A stretch of DNA of 63,818 nt, counting the filler, from Rhabdomonas costata (lineage: Eukaryota), in the NCBI GenBank assembly GCA_019059605.1. It is 31 parts of 31 records of this genome, joined end to end, with 100 filler letters (N's around TTAATTAATTAA, not from the genome) between each part and the next. Parts side by side here need not be neighbours in the genome. Positions count along the whole stretch, not along the records: positions 49,491 to 51,451 come from JAHMHO010006955.1; positions 51,552 to 53,513 come from JAHMHO010006956.1; positions 53,614 to 55,570 come from JAHMHO010006957.1; positions 55,671 to 57,635 come from JAHMHO010006958.1; positions 57,736 to 59,696 come from JAHMHO010006959.1; positions 59,797 to 61,758 come from JAHMHO010006960.1; positions 61,859 to 63,818 come from JAHMHO010006961.1; 24 more parts are not named here. The stretch is one strand, 5' to 3'. The notes beneath the pieces are model-generated. The model had not been told where the DNA came from and did no database searches. It saw nothing but the letters and a program-made list of their open reading frames with translations. Each line of letters starts with the position of its first letter. Positions within the stretch are counted from its first letter, which is position 1. The position numbers and the translations under genes were made by a program. Positions 51,441 through 63,236 of this stretch are shown in pieces.

Positions 51441-52195
51441 ACTCCCCCCAANNNNNNNNNNNNNNNNNNNNNNNNNNNNNNNNNNNNNNNNNNNNTTAAT
51501 TAATTAANNNNNNNNNNNNNNNNNNNNNNNNNNNNNNNNNNNNNNNNNNNNTGCGCCTTCTTCATTGAGGAGGTGAGCACGTATGGCCGCAGGAACCGTG
51601 TCTGTGAAGGCCTGTGCAGCCATTTTGTTTGTCAGAGAAAGATTTGAGAGGGATTTCTCGCCACCTCACAAGGATAGGTGGACACACAGTGCCCATTTCT
51701 ATTGCCAATCTCTCAAGGCTGGGGTGGCCAAATGGACTACTTTCGAGAAACACAACAGGCCACCAACGCTGCAGTCTCAATGAGGACTTCTTCCAGGGGT
51801 TTGTGGCTTTGCGACGACGGCCGACCGGCGTCAAACTCATTCCCCCCACCCCGGCATCTTTCCATGAGGTTGTGGATTGACCTGTGTTGACCTGATGAAG
51901 TGCTGCAGAGGCGTGTGTCGAAGCAACCTTGCTTCCATTGTTCTCTTATTCCCGAGAGGAGCTCTATACGGTCAATCTGAATGGTTTTGACCTGTGGATG
52001 TTCTGCTTTCTGCGTTGTTGTGTGTAGGGATTAGGTTTCGGGTCATTTGAATCACTGCTTTGCCTGTACGGGTCATGGAGTCGTCGTGTTATCCCTGTTG
52101 CGTGGTGTTTCTTCTTCAGGCTATTTCCCGCACGGTTTTCTTTTTTTGCTTGCGTGCAAGTTGAGGTCCGAAAGTAAAAAGGCAAAGCCAGTAAA

Positions 52196-52653
52196 ATGGG
52201 AAAAGTCCACGGGTCTCTCGCCCGTGCCGGAAAAGTGAAGGGCCAGACCCCCAAGGTTCCGAAGGCGGAGAAGAAAAAGAAGCCCACCGGCCGTGCCAAG
52301 AAGCGCATGCTGTACAACAAGCGGTTCATTAGCGCCCCTGTGGGTTTTGGAGGTACTGTGGTCATTATGCCTCGCGGGTTCACACATACACACCTTAAGG
52401 TCACTTCAGCGGCGTCACCTAAGCACACAAGCGGAGGCTGCTCAAATTGCATCTAATGTTGTGCTGCGTTTTTTCTACGTGCTGCTTGACGCTTTAACTT
52501 TTGCGTACTACTACACTGTACTTACTGAGCACGAAACGGAGGTTTGTATGTCCTTTGCTCTCTCGTTTTCTGCCTATGTTGTAGTCCACTCGCCTTCTTC
52601 TCTCAGGAAAGCGCGCGCAGCCCAACAAGCAGCCCATTGGTAAGCTGGGTTAA
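52196..52653 (+). CDS. RPS30: 40S ribosomal protein S30 (eS30), complete, 67 aa; exons 52196-52352 and 52607-52653
   Basis: [21 protein letters not shown]...[13 protein letters not shown]...[15 protein letters not shown], with a 254-nt GT-AG intron. Confidence 0.97.
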
Positions 52654-53993
52654 AGCCGCCAGAGATGCCTGCTCGCTTCTTTGTGAGGGAGGAGCCACTG
52701 CACAAACCCTGTTTTGCAGCTGTGATTTTGGTGGACTGGTGACCACCGGCAATCAGTCAAGGGAGGATGTGGAGGGAATGGGATGGGAGGATGGGAAGAT
52801 GTGTGGAAAATGTGTTACCGCCTTGGTTTGTCAGTCTCAAATAACCAACCATTATTAGCAGGGTTGGCATTTTCCCTGCTGGGGATTTGGATGCGGGAAC
52901 GAAGTAGGCTAGCATTTTGCGGTTTGACGGCCGGCAGCGGCGTTGGTCAGGCTTTAGCCGCACAAGCCTTCTGGGAAGGAAACACAAAAAGACCCGGGAT
53001 GGACCTGAAGCCCGGGAATCACCTGGAAGCGGCGTTGGTCGGATGATGTGGGATGATGTTCCTTGGCTTCAGGCGCCCGTGCGCCTGGATCGGGCCCGGG
53101 GGGAAGGCAGTCCGCAAACATTTCAAAAACGAAGGTCAATTTCCACCACCGTGCCCGGGGAAGGGTCCGGCGGCGAACAATAATAACACGCGCTGGTTGC
53201 CTCGTTTCGGCGGCGGCATCGAGCACAAGTTGGCCAGCTATGCGCTTTCAAAAACGGCAACTGGATGGCTCCGGATCCTCTTCTTCGCGATCAATTGGAT
53301 GGGCTTGACATTGCCTTTTGGGCGCCCGGACCCCAGCCGCGGTGGATTTTGCCGATTTGATTCAACCAAAAAAAAAGTAACAAAGCAAAGCAAACGTGTC
53401 AATACAGTGACTCGCATCTGGATTATGGTTATACAATTTTACTGAAACGATTGAAGGACCGTGTCTTCACGAAATCCATTAAATCTACGAAATTAACTGA
53501 ATCCAAAAACCCCNNNNNNNNNNNNNNNNNNNNNNNNNNNNNNNNNNNNNNNNNNNNTTAATTAATTAANNNNNNNNNNNNNNNNNNNNNNNNNNNNNNN
53601 NNNNNNNNNNNNNTGTTGGGTGTCTGCTCTTGTGTGCCCGCACATGAATTGATATGGAAAGGTTTCCTACACCAATGCATGTGCGGGCACACAAGAGCAG
53701 ACACGCACACGGGGGACTGCATGTTATCAGAGAGCGTATACGCACATACGTACATGGACCCCCGCCCGAGATTAACTGGTGTCGTGGTTTGGTTGTCCTG
53801 CCGAACAATACTGCTGCATAGCAACGTCAACTGTTGAAAATTCGGATGGGTACATAAATAATCCGCAGCGAATGTGCAACCTAGATATTAGAATAAGGGT
53901 TAGAAACCTAGATCCCCAGTCACCTCGCTGACTGAATTTGGGAAGTGTACTGAAAAATAAAAAAGTGCAAAGCTTCTCCAAAAAATCACGCAC

Positions 53994-55029
53994 TGCGTCA
54001 TCAGCTGCACAAGCTGCTCCGAAAGGATCTGCTCGCAGAGCGTCGAGAACGCCGCGATGTCCGCGAACATGATGCTGACCACCTTGCGAACCATTACACT
54101 GTCCAATTCCACCGATCCCGTCAGCATCATCTTCACCACGTCTCTGGGCACATACCTCACGAAGGCCTTCAGACCTCTGAGAGCGAGTTATTCCAATTTC
54201 TCTTGCCGCAATGCAGTTCTTTGGTAATCCGTCTTTTCAAAAGTCGAGGCTTGCGGACCTGGGAATAACTGTTCGAGCTTAAAACCGATCTCCGGAGTAG
54301 TGATTTCCAAGGTATGGGTCAATCTTCAACACACGAGCACAGCGCAGAGCCATCCGGTCTGGTCATTCCGTTGGCCTGTCTCCTTCACAAACACTAAACA
54401 GCAGTTCCACACTTCTTTTGGGTTCCCGTTAACCATTATCCGGTATATGAATACCAAAGGCATGGTCCTTTCCTGGCATCTAACCACGAACTTCCCATCG
54501 AAATGCCAAGGAAATCGGATAGAGCTGATGCTTTCGTCCTCGGTACAGCTTCTCCTCACTTTTGTCTCACACCTCTTCACATTGCTCTTTCTTTTCATTC
54601 GCGTTCAATTTCTCTCATCATACTGCTCTCTATTCCATCGTTTTTGTGATGGTATACAAAACTGCTGCATGAAACCCGCGGTGAAGGTCATTGTTTCTGA
54701 TAAAATGTCCCGCTTGTGGTTCTACTGATGGAAAGAGGTAACGCCATCACATAAATCTTGAAAACAGACAGGACAGGACAAAAATACCTTTCCAGCGCAG
54801 AGAAGGAGCTCTCACATGTCGCCACTTCCAGGAATTTCGACCGTGAACTCAAGATAGAATGCCCCGGAGCATCGTCGATCTTCAGCACGGCCATCTGCCT
54901 CATTCCGCGGGCAAGTCGGAACAAAGGGATGGTAATCAGCGCGGAAACCACCACGCTGCTCAGCAAGCCCAACGCTAGCACAGCGCCGATGGTGATGCCA
55001 ACCATTCTCAGCACCGCCGCCTTGATGTC
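53994..55029 (-). CDS. Receptor-type class III adenylate cyclase (TM-HAMP-start of catalytic domain); exons 55029-54788 and 54176-53994
   Basis: TM helix, ITIPLFRLARGM (HAMP), AFVRYVPRDVV and VSIMFADIAAFSTLCE (catalytic Asp motif). Confidence 0.92.
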
Positions 55030-56060
55030 CTACACCACAAACGATCAGAGCACAGCGTAACTTTATTGCTAGCAAGATTCTGATGAAAGCTTGGGATTGG
55101 GAAATGAGACGTGTGCTACGCGCTTCGGCGGGAAGGGCCTGTCGGGGGTCTGGCTCTTGGTGAAGGAGCTCATTGTTGCTTGCCCCATGCCTCATCCACC
55201 ACAGGAACATTCTCTCTTCGAACCCCAAATTGCGAGATACTTTTGACAGACCTTCTGACCGATTAATAATCAAAAGGCAAGCTGAAACAACGGTAGAAGT
55301 ACCCGGGAAGATTTGGGTAAACAGGACCGGACTGAGACAGGCGATGTGGTGACGAAACAGCACAGGAATTGCACAGATTACGCGAAAGTCACCCCCCCCC
55401 CCAAAGAAACTGAAAGGCCCACGCTGCGCTGCATCATACAAAAAGCAAAAGATTCGCACATCACTGCGCAGTGGGCTAGGGTGACAAAACGAAAGGAATT
55501 CTAAACCAAACCTTTAACAAAGTCGTTTCAGACATTACAACGCTGATCTGCCAAGAAAGCCCAAGCTCGTNNNNNNNNNNNNNNNNNNNNNNNNNNNNNN
55601 NNNNNNNNNNNNNNTTAATTAATTAANNNNNNNNNNNNNNNNNNNNNNNNNNNNNNNNNNNNNNNNNNNNGGTTTTGGTGTGAAAGGGGTGATCTCGGAG
55701 TGAATGGAGTGGTTGGGTCATCATCAGCAAGGCACCATCTCCGCCTGCCTTGGACGCTCTTCGCCGGGTTCTTTGCGACTGTGGGGTGGACTGAAATTCG
55801 AGGAAGGGTTGGATTCTGGATGTGCGAGATTTGGCGTGAGGTGATGATGGATGATGATGCACTGGGGATGTGGTTGAGGTATGTGCGAGAGTGAGAGGGA
55901 GTTGGGCGTGCTGGGCACGGGCTATTAGCTGCAAGAGGCTACAAGGGAACACACAAGCTCTGTTGCCTGGGTGCTCGCTCCTGACCAGGGCTATGCACGC
56001 CCACATGACCAGGATTCACCAAAAACTATCCCTGCACAGGACAGGACAGGAAGGACATAC

Positions 56061-57125
56061 GTGACGTAGTGTTTCCGGCAGTTGGGATAGCCTGTCCACG
56101 CTGGGGCGCACTTACTGCAGTTCCGGCCCGAGTAGCCCTCGTCGCATGCGCAGTAGTCCAGGGTGCCGTTGCACGCGCCGTGCCCGCTGCACGAGGAATC
56201 GCGAGTACAAAACAAGCACCGCGGGTAGGTGTAGAAGTCCGGCTCACAGTAGTCACACCGCGTCGAGTTATAGCCCTAACAGATAACAACAAAACGGGGG
56301 CAAGACAAGAACCCACCCCCAAGCACGGCAGCTCCGTAACGCGAGAAATCGGGTGGGATGCAGGCGAACCCACGCAAGACGGAGAAGTGAGCGGAGCACA
56401 TGTCAGTCCCCAAGCCCAAAAGCCCACGAACGGAAGCATGACAAGCATTACTTTATCATTCAGACTGATGAATTGGGTGTATAAAAAAAGAAGACAATGG
56501 AACGGGTATCGCCAGGGGTTGCATATTAGAACCCCATGCTCACAGTGAACACGCTGGCGTTGCTCACGGTACTCTGGTGATATTGAAGGCAACTTCAGCT
56601 GGGACCCCAATAAGTGGCCTGAGAGTATAGGATATCTCGGAGTCCTGTTCAGTTGAGAAACTCAACATAGAGGTTAAGAAGGTGGCACACGTTGTCAGAG
56701 CTGAATTGATGCATACGCCGTTCTATCGATGTATATGTATTGCCCATGCCCAGGGCTCATTACGCTCATCGGGTGTACTCGCAAGGAAGGCGGCAGATGC
56801 GCTGACGCCAACACCGGAGCTAGTGGTTTTCAAAGTTTGCACAGCACACCAGGTCGCACACGCAGGCGCCGTCCGTGCCGTTGCACCGCCCGTGCCCCGA
56901 GCAGTTTACGTCGGTGGCGCACATCACCTCACACTGCCCACCGTACCACGGCGCGGAACATACGCACTGCGAAGGTGCCGCCAGCCCACAGGGCTGCCCA
57001 TGGGCGCAAGACTCCTCACACAGCGAGGGCCGCAGCCTTGTTACACTGGTGAAGTTGTATCCCAGAGACAACATCACTTGGCGTCCGTCAGCATTGAGCC
57101 GCTCCATCACATCGAGGGCAGTCAC
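56061..57125 (-). CDS. EGF / laminin-type EGF repeat surface protein, partial; exons 57125-56850 and 56275-56061
   Basis: CSGHGRCNGTDGACVCDL|GYNSTRCDYCEPDFYTYPRC...CSGHGACNGTLDYCACDEGYSGRNCSKCAPAWTGYPNC. Confidence 0.88.
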
Positions 57126-57735
57126 CTTCATGTTTGTTGTTGAACACACAAGAGATAGAAAGAGAGGATTGGGGTTGAGCAGAGCTTGTGCGAAAAGAAG
57201 TGGGATCTTGAGGGAGGGGGGCGGAAATCTTTGCAGCCATAAGAAAACACCAGCAACCATACTAATGAATTTCTTGTAGACATTGGTAAGCCTTCGCTGC
57301 GAACTGGACTTCACCCCAAAGCTATTGCTGTCGTCAGTATCGTCTGTTAATGCCCAGCAAAACACTCCTCAGCCACCAGTGGATTTGGGGCTCCAGTCCA
57401 ACACAAACCCCAAAAACCATAATCCCCTGAAAGCTTGCAGGGGCGCACTTTTTCATACCACAACACAACAAACACTAATCCTTCGAGCCCCCTCACAAAA
57501 CCTCGTCTCATCATGCGTTCGGAGATCTTCCCTGTATTAGTCTTTCGTTTCTTTTTCTGTTCCGTTACCAATGCTGATTGTTACCACACACACACACACA
57601 CACACACACACACCACCCCCAACCACACCCAACACNNNNNNNNNNNNNNNNNNNNNNNNNNNNNNNNNNNNNNNNNNNNTTAATTAATTAANNNNNNNNN
57701 NNNNNNNNNNNNNNNNNNNNNNNNNNNNNNNNNNN

Positions 57736-58694
57736 GGCTGCGACTCGCTGATCCGGGCGGTGCGGGCCTTCAGCATCCTGACGATCATATTTGCGGCGCT
57801 GACGAGCTTTCTGATCCCGGTGGTGGAGCTGCTGTGCCTGGGGTGCATCTGCAAGAACTGGCTCTTGCTGCTGGTGGTGATTGGATCGGTGCTCACGGTA
57901 ATTTTATATCTTTTTCCAGCATTTTTCACTGTAGTGCCTGTCGAGTGCTGCGGAATCGTTCGCGTCTACTTTTAAGATGGTGACGATGACAGCGATAATG
58001 GCCGACGTAGGAAAGCGATCTTGTGAACCCAAGAACGGTTCTATGCAGAACCGTTCTTGGGTGGAATGGAGCACACCTAAAGGACGAAGATTCTATGCAG
58101 TTCCGATGCGTGGACAGGAACTAACTTCAGTTTTTCGGTCGTCTTCCGGTTCTGTTTTGCTGACGAAGCATGTTCTTGTTTTCGCGCACGCGTCTCAAAA
58201 CTTGAAAACAGCCACCGCGGTAGACAGGTATAGAGTTTATTCTGTCCTTCTGTTCCCCCAACCTTTGATTACAGTTCTGCTTCGCGATTCTGCCGTGGAC
58301 GATCTTCCTGGGCTGGACCGGGGACCACAACTGTGCTCTGTCGAACTCCCTGGGCGGTGCCTGGGGGGTGGCCTTGGCAGCATGGATCATCTCCCTGGTC
58401 ATCCTGCCGCTGGTGTGGCTGTGGTTCTCGGCGCACGTTTGGGCGGATACACCGAAGGTGCCTGCCGGGGCCACGGTCTCCTCCATTGGCACCCTGCAGG
58501 ACCCTGCGATGACCTACATGCCCACCGTGACATATGCCCCTGCGGCGACCCTGACCTATCCCACGGTAATGACCTACCCTACACAGCTTGAGGCCACCGG
58601 GGTGGTGCCCCCCTCGGCGTTTGGCCAGCCCGCCACGGGGATGTCGCTGTCTCCGCAGCCAACCTCACCGATCCAGTACTCCACCACGGTGTAA
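57736..58694 (+). CDS. Claudin-clan membrane protein (amastin / Euglena IP39-like), 3' part; exons 57736-57897 and 58275-58694 (stop)
   Basis: C.SLIRAVRAFSILTIIF ... LPWTIFLGW...C....LGGAWGVALAAWIISL follows the amastin/claudin TM2-TM4 pattern, with a Tyr/Pro/Thr-rich C-terminal tail. Confidence 0.7.
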
Positions 58695-59516
58695 AAAGTC
58701 AGCAGGGCTACCCTTTCGGCTGCCATTCATATTGTGTTTTTTCTGCCCTTCAAGCCCCTCATAGTCATGCAGACTGTTGGACCTTTGTTCATGGAAGAAA
58801 TGACGATGAGGACGATCTGGGGCGGGATGAGATGATATTATTTGGCTGAAGTTGCGGGTTGTACGATACGCGTGACGCTTGATGGATTGTATTTCTTTGC
58901 TGTTTCCTATTTTGTATTATACTCCCTTCTCTGACGGTGTATGGTTCCTGCTCTGACGATGTATGGCTAACTCTCAGAGGTCTTCTCCCCCCTCCTTTTG
59001 GGTCTGCTGTGCTCAGAGTGCTGCTTGGGTTTGGGTTGGCTTGCTTAAATCTATTTGGGTTCCCTCCCAGCGAATCCTCATCTCTATTCGCGTGGTGCGG
59101 TGGATGAGCGTGCTCTGGTCTGAGATGACAGGGGGAGGGGAAGGGCCCTGATTTGGTGCCACTGCAGTTTTCATGTTTCATTGCCATGTAAGAAAATCTC
59201 GAAAATTTTATTTATAATCCTATATTATGACGTGCATGTTGCTGTCACGCTGTTTGAGATTCTGGTGCCATCCCTGGGGTTTCCCTGTGGGTGCACGCTC
59301 GGGTATTTGTGGCTCATCCACGTCCCACTTTCAAGAAATATAGCAGGAAAAGGATACACCCTATGACTGGCCTCAGAAGGGCGGCATCTTCCTGTCCATC
59401 TTCGTCTCCTACGTTCACAGGACTGGACGGGAGGACTGTATTCCTTAGTCCGGACGCATAACCCAACGGGATGTCCTGATCCCTGAGGATAGGGAATGCA
59501 CCGAGGCAGGGCATGG

Positions 59517-59686
59517 GATAGCATGTATTGTTGGGCAAGGCCATGGCATTCTTTTTACTGGGGTGCTGGTGCAAAAGCTGGAAGGAATCGGGTGCAATTG
59601 AAATGTGGCTCCCGATTCCTTCCAGCTTTTGCACCAGCACCCCAGTAAAAAGAATGCCATGGCCTTGCCCAACAATACATGCTATC
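59517..59686. repeat. Perfect 76-bp inverted repeat (arms 59517-59592 and 59611-59686) at the contig end
   Basis: Direct reverse-complement match. Confidence 0.92.
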
Positions 59687-60064
59687 ACACACCCACNNNN
59701 NNNNNNNNNNNNNNNNNNNNNNNNNNNNNNNNNNNNNNNNTTAATTAATTAANNNNNNNNNNNNNNNNNNNNNNNNNNNNNNNNNNNNNNNNNNNNGTGG
59801 TGGGTGTGTTTGGGGGTTTTTGGAAGTCCTGCAATCAGAGAGCGGATTATTGGAGATGCTTTGTTGGCACCTGACATAGCTGATTGAAAAGGCCAGGGCA
59901 GAAAACGCAGCAAGAGGAAAAGAGTGAAGTAAATGAAGCATTTCCTTTAAGTATTAAGTATTTCTTTCTTTGACTTCCTTCCCTGTGAAGCTAAGCTTCT
60001 CCATTTCCTGGGTGGGTGATATAAACCTACTCCTGGCGAAATTAGTATTGCTTTTTGTGTGGAG

Positions 60065-60497
60065 ACTCAAACCTCCTGTATCCGTCTGAGGAGTCCGAAA
60101 GGCGCAAGCACAAGCTCAAGAGGCTCGTCCAAGGTCAGAACGGGTACTTTATGGACGTGAAGTGCCCCAACTGCTATGCCATGTGTGTTTTGAGTGCTGT
60201 GTTGTGCCACGCGATCCTCACGTTGTTCTCACTTAAATTTTTATCTATCCTGACTCTCTATTTTAGCACGGTGGTGTACAGCCATGCGTCGACAGTCGTT
60301 GTCTGCGACGCCTGCAATACGGTGGTGGCTCAGCCCACGGGAGGAAAGGTTACTTTTTTGTTGAGCTTGACTCTAGCGTGCCTTTTCAGCCCTATCAGTC
60401 CTTCAGGTGACTATACTGCCTGCCTGACCATGCTTCTTTTTCCTTAATCCAGGCCAGACTCACTGAAGGCTGCTCGTTCCGCAAAAACCCCGAATAA
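60065..60497 (+). CDS. RPS27: 40S ribosomal protein S27 (eS27); exons 60065-60182, 60267-60348, 60453-60497 (stop); 5' exon(s) upstream
   Basis: [81 protein letters not shown]. Confidence 0.97.
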
Positions 60498-61113
60498 ATG
60501 AAGTTTTGTTTCCGTTCTGTTCCTCTTTTGTCACCAGAGGCCTCTCCTCCTTGCGCGCTTTGCGGTTTCTAGAATGCGCGCTTACACTGCCTGTAAACTG
60601 TGACTGAGGAAGAGACAAAAAAGGAGACAACCTGTTGTTTGCTTTTGCTTCGGTGCAGTGGGACGTAATGAGTGGCACCCTTTCATGTGCACAGTTTTTT
60701 GTGGCAGCTTTTCTGTGCTCAGAGTTCAGTTTGGCTTTGGAAAGGCAAGGTGGGCATCGACCGGCAAGGTTGGCCTGCTGTATAAAAGGCCTGCTGCTTT
60801 TACCAGGCCTGCTTCAGCTTAGCCCTCTCACACTTTATAGTTAATTACGGCAAGGTTTTCACAAGACGCATTGGTTTTTGGAAGTTATATTGGAGATCGG
60901 TGATGCCATTGTGCATCGATACTTCACCTTTCTGGTTCATGTGGATCAACGGGCTTGTTGTTGTGTGCGTTTTTTCTTTCGCTGAAGGTGCCGTGCTTTT
61001 GCGGTTCGGCCTTTGCTTGTTAAAAGCTGGTGGGGGCTGAAATGCAATCGCCGCAACAGGAAGGGACATATGGAGGTACAAGTAGCTGGGTTCAGTAAAA
61101 TCCGAGCGCTCAC

Positions 61114-61634
61114 CTGCCCAGTATCGATAAAGTTCTCCCCAGTCACAGTGAGAGCTGTGCAGCCCTGTTCTCGGCCCTCCTCAGGGAAGATCGAAGTCAC
61201 CACAGGGTGAGCCTCATAAACCTTCACCCGCATCGGGTTGGAGACCACACGGTTTGGGGTGAGTCCCGAGTCGTACTCGTCATGGTACAGTAGCACAACC
61301 TGGGCATCACCCAACCCCTGAACGCGCTCGAACCGGCAGACGTAGCCTGGGTTGGGGACGAACTCCGTACCCGATGACGGGCTGGGCGGAGGGGGTGGAG
61401 CCGCAGGAATCGGCGTCGCTGCGGTAGCCACCACGCACCCCCGAGCAGGGTCACAGGCAGAGCCCATGTCTGGAGAGGAAGTCGCCTCCGAGGTGAAAAG
61501 ACCACAGGTGACCCGAGACAGCGGGGGAAGGAATTCGTCCCCCTCCCCCAGGGAAAGCTGAAGCACCGGGCGGCGAGAGAGGCCGGGGCTGAGGGAGGTC
61601 AGTGTGAGAGGGTTGGCCTCCCCACCCATCTCCT
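61114..61634 (-). CDS. IPT/TIG-domain protein, internal exon
   Basis: YEAHPVVTSIFPEEGREQGCTALTVTGENFIDTGQ is the canonical start of an IPT/TIG domain. The exon ends at CAG|GTGAGC. Confidence 0.7.
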
Positions 61635-62058
61635 CTGCCCATGGGGGAAGAGGGGGGAGCCACAGATTGCCCTGCAATCATGCACACATACACTCCCAGG
61701 CAAAGTGGCGTCCTCCGACGCCATTTACTTTTAACAAAAAAATTCTCCCAACCCCCCCNNNNNNNNNNNNNNNNNNNNNNNNNNNNNNNNNNNNNNNNNN
61801 NNTTAATTAATTAANNNNNNNNNNNNNNNNNNNNNNNNNNNNNNNNNNNNNNNNNNNNTTTTTGTTGGCATCCACAGATGTCCGCCTACACGTGGATGCC
61901 TGAAAAACCAAAAGAAAGAGAGTGAAAGTGAGGTGAGGGGGTGAACTGTGAGTTGAGCAGCTAAATGATCTGATGTCTTGCCAAAGAGAGAGAGAGAGAG
62001 AAGGTTGAGAGTGCAGTCAGGGGAGAATGGGAGAGGATGGAAGCAAATGAGGAAATAC

Positions 62059-63236
62059 CATGGGGCGTAGAACTCGATGAGCACGTCCTTGGCTTCGTCC
62101 ATGACGACCTCGGCGAAGTTTGCGCCCACCACCACGCGGACGTGGTCCGCGTCGAAGGGCTCCTCGGGAATGGGCTGCGATCGCACCGTGGCCACGATCT
62201 TGCCGTCGCGGTAGTCCGTCAGGTACTACATCGCAGTGCACACACACGAGTATGTGTAGATGTGTGCCTGTGTATGTGAAGCATGGACCCACAAACAAAT
62301 CAACTCAGGAGAAGGACGTGCTTGAAACACAAAGATGCCCCGAAGTTGCGCCCGAACAGGTGGGACAGAAGCCGCAATTCACCCCAGTCTTACATCCTGC
62401 TGTTGGGAAAACTTAGACTTAGGCCGAAATTTTCAAGCGACCAGAAGTCTCACTTAACGAGGAAGCAAATAAAAAAGCACGAAGCACGTTCCACCGTGGA
62501 CTGGCAAACACGGAAATTTTCGTGTTTTTTTTTTGAAATGTTTTGTCAGTGCCAAATCAAAAATCCTACTCACCACCATTCTTCACATATTCTTAAAAAA
62601 AACTATCCAGCAACATTCCAAAACTGGACAAGTTAAAAAAAGTACATCACGCCTTGGGCGCGAAATGGCAGAAAACAAACACCACCTCTTACAATAAAGA
62701 AAAGACAAGAGACACCTACCGCGGGATCGTAAGCACACTGTGATGAAGACGATGACAATAATAGTGCTTAGGGAAAACCAACTCAAACAGATCACAGTTG
62801 ATTTGAGCTTTGGGGCGCATCCTTGCATAATGTGCTCGAAGACGTCAAACACACACACACACACACACTTTGCGCATCGGGCAACACACTGTACACACGC
62901 AGACACAGGGTAAAAACGGGTGCGGATACTCTCAGGCACCGCAAGCGGCTCGAATATATACTCACAGGGTGACACACGGCTGAAAAAGGTCCACCAATTG
63001 TGTGTGCTGGGGGGGGGGACCTGGAGGATGTTCTCCTCGGTGAGGGGCTTGGTCTCGTCGAACACATAGTGGGCCCCGTCGGTGGTCTCAATGGTGAGCG
63101 CCGGGAAGACCTCCGCGGAGAGGCCCATCTTCTTGGCCATCTGCTTGTACGTCTCCCCGCTGATGTACACCATGCTGAGCTGCTCCCGGAACCCCTTCCC
63201 GGCCCCTCGGAACGCCGCAATGGCGTTCTGGTTCAC
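62059..63236 (-). CDS. PDI: Protein disulfide-isomerase (b' domain, x linker, start of a'); exons 63236-63021 and 62225-62059
   Basis: FPALTIE...HYVFDE...YRDGKIVATVRSQPIPEE...VRVVVGANFAEVVMDEAKDVLIEFYAPW. Confidence 0.92.

Noticed and set aside
56560-56620. In-frame TGA as Cys/Sec in an EGF-like ATYWGPS* stretch
   Set aside because: The flanking exons already join into a complete EGF repeat (CDL|GYNSTRC), so this is chance intron sequence.
61859-61905. PDI a' domain lacking CGHC
   Set aside because: The exon after YAPW probably lies beyond the contig end, so the active site cannot be judged.
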